Assembly (NCBI GenBank): GCA_965208235.1
Contig: OZ242327.1
Location: 780,526 to 844,525 of the forward strand
DNA from: Phototrophicaceae bacterium
Lineage (GTDB): Bacteria; Chloroflexota; Anaerolineae; Aggregatilineales; Phototrophicaceae
Length of the DNA stretch: 64,000 bases
Direction: 5' to 3'
The notes beneath the pieces were generated by a model, which saw nothing but the letters and a program-made list of their open reading frames with translations, searched no databases and had not been told where the DNA came from. The position numbers were made by a program, and so were the translations under genes. Positions 62,407-64,000 of the stretch are shown here, piece by piece. Each line of letters starts with the position of its first letter. Positions within the stretch are counted from its first letter, which is position 1.

Positions 62407-64000
62407 TCATTCGGCCGATTCCAGGCCGGGACGCATCGCGCTCGTCATGCTCGCTTTGGCATCGCGAAAGGCTGCGGAAGCGCCTAGGAAAGCCGAAAAC
62501 AGCGGATGAGATCGATTAGGTCGACTGAGAAATTCCGGGTGGAACTGCGTCCCCAACATGAATGGATGATCCTGAAGTTCGGAGATTTCTACAAGTACCT
62601 TGTCCGGGCTCAACCCGCTGAAGCTGACGCCGTTCTTCGCAAAAAGATCTCGGTAATCATTATTGAACTCGAAGCGATGACGATGACGTTCCATGATCGC
62701 CTTGAGGCCATAGGCTTGGGCTGCGAGCGAGTTCGGGACCAGTACACAGGGATATTCTCCCAGCCTCATCGTACCGCCCAAATCGGTAATCGCACGCTGT
62801 TCAAGCATAAGATCAATAATCGGATGTGGCGTGCTGACGTCGAATTCGGTGCTGTTGGCATCTTCCAAGCCGAGCGCGTTGCGGGCAAACTCAATGCACA
62901 TGACTTGCATGCCCAGACATAATCCCAAATACGGCACATTGTTTTCTCGCGCAAACTTGGCCGCTACGATTTTGCCTTCAATGCCCCGATAACCAAAACC
63001 GCCGGGGACCACAACTCCGTCGAGGTCCCGCAGTTTATCCCGATCTTTGCCTTTTTCCAATTCGCCAGAATGGATCCAAACGATCTCGACATCCTGATCC
63101 TTTTGAATCGCCGCGTGGACGATCGACTCCTTAACCGACATATAAGCATCATGAAGCTCCACATATTTGCCCACAATACCGATGCGCAGCTTGTCTTTTG
63201 CCGCCCGAAAACGCCTTACCAGCCGCCGCCACTCGGCCAAGTCCGGCGGCGCAGCTTCGATCTCGAAGCGGTCGAGAATGTAATCAGCCAACCCTGTCTC
63301 TTCGATCAGCAGAGGCACGGCATAGATGTTGTCCGCCGTTTCCAAGGGAATGACGGCGTCCTTGTCAACATCGCAAAAGAGCGCAATCTTGTTGACGATA
63401 TCATGGTTGACCGGGTGGTCGGTCCGAGCGATGATCACGTCCGGCTGGATGCCGATGCCGCGCAGTTCACGAACGCTATGTTGAGTCGGTTTGGTCTTCA
63501 GTTCATCGGTAGCGCCGATGTGTGGCAAGAATGTGACGTGAACATACAGCGCCTCGCTGCGCTTGAGCTCCGTGCGCAATTGACGCAGCGCTTCGAGAAA
63601 GGGCAAGCCTTCAATGTCGCCGGCCGTCCCGCCCACTTCGACGATGACAACATCGGCGCCGCTGCGCTGGCCCACCAATTTCATGCAGCGTTTGATCTCG
63701 CTGGTTATATGGGGAACAACCTGTATCGTGCCTCCGAGGTAATCTCCCTTCCGTTCTTTTTCGATCACCGTTAGATAGACTTGGCCGGCCGTGACATTTG
63801 ACAGCCGGCTGACATTTTCGTCGACGAAGCGCTCGTAGTGGCCCAAGTCAAGGTCTGTTTCGGCGCCGTCAGCGGTGACAAAGACCTCTCCATGCTGGTA
63901 AGGGCTCATCGTCCCCGGGTCAACATTGAGATAGGGGTCCAGTTTTTGTAGCGCCACTTTCAAGCCGCGCGCCTTTAGCATACGGCCAATCGCCGCGACG
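62407..64000 (-). CDS. pyrG: CTP synthase; the 5' end runs off the window
   Basis: The track ORF starts at M 63981, but the frame stays open to 64000 and reads ...VAAIGRMLKARGLKV, matching the conserved ...GKGIxAASxGxLLKxRG region, so the N-terminus lies outside the window. GATase motifs YLGLCLGMQ and RHRHRFEFN. Confidence 0.95.
   Translation of the reverse strand, partial: VAAIGRMLKARGLKVALQKLDPYLNVDPGTMSPYQHGEVFVTADGAETDLDLGHYERFVDENVSRLSNVTAGQVYLTVIEKERKGDYLGGTIQVVPHITSEIKRCMKLVGQRSGADVVIVEVGGTAGDIEGLPFLEALRQLRTELKRSEALYVHVTFLPHIGATDELKTKPTQHSVRELRGIGIQPDVIIARTDHPVNHDIVNKIALFCDVDKDAVIPLETADNIYAVPLLIEETGLADYILDRFEIEAAPPDLAEWRRLVRRFRAAKDKLRIGIVGKYVELHDAYMSVKESIVHAAIQKDQDVEIVWIHSGELEKGKDRDKLRDLDGVVVPGGFGYRGIEGKIVAAKFARENNVPYLGLCLGMQVMCIEFARNALGLEDANSTEFDVSTPHPIIDLMLEQRAITDLGGTMRLGEYPCVLVPNSLAAQAYGLKAIMERHRHRFEFNNDYRDLFAKNGVSFSGLSPDKVLVEISELQDHPFMLGTQFHPEFLSRPNRSHPLFSAFLGASAAFRDAKASMTSAMRPGLESAE

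Noticed and set aside
63070-63774. 234-aa + ORF opposite pyrG (and 62506..62922)
   Set aside because: These are antisense shadows of CTP synthase.

Overview
Dense bacterial chromosomal segment of 64 kb. Hand counts of sampled lines give about 55-60% GC. I call about 55 CDS and 2 tRNAs. I saw no rRNA, CRISPR array, integrase or transposase. Most genes are housekeeping: lepA, tlyA, trpS, smpB, plsX-fabF, trmFO, hflX, acpP, asd, pheA and pyrG. There is a mevalonate-pathway cluster with isopentenyl phosphate kinase, mevalonate kinase and an MVD-family decarboxylase, plus IDI-2 about 35 kb away. There are many cell-envelope genes: LysM/M23, SH3b proteins, an L,D-transpeptidase, two O-antigen-ligase-family proteins, UDP-xylose synthase, GtrA, GT4 and a GT-C-like protein. 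The IPK-type mevalonate route, trmFO and a family of short palindromic repeats suggest a Chloroflexota-like organism. That is inference only, because no database search was possible. The clearest accessory element is an AT-rich islet of about 3.3 kb (24433-27795) next to the 3' end of tRNA-Glu(CUC). It holds one 1,056-aa ORF that fuses an N-terminal sacsin/MORC-style GHKL ATPase module to a C-terminal HNH nuclease motif, with no partner genes. This is my best candidate for an undescribed nucleic-acid-targeting or defence-like system. Other points of interest follow. A perfect 24-nt tandem repeat sits inside a membrane protein gene. A short interspersed palindromic repeat family occurs at four loci. 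An adenosine-deaminase-fold protein has lost every catalytic ligand. A UbiA (DPPR-synthase-like) gene is embedded in the mevalonate operon. A glycoside-hydrolase-like domain is fused to an O-antigen-ligase domain. A 367-nt intergenic region has mutually exclusive pairings. All calls rest on motif recognition by eye. Start codons were refined using RBS, signal-peptide or N-terminal logic and remain provisional.
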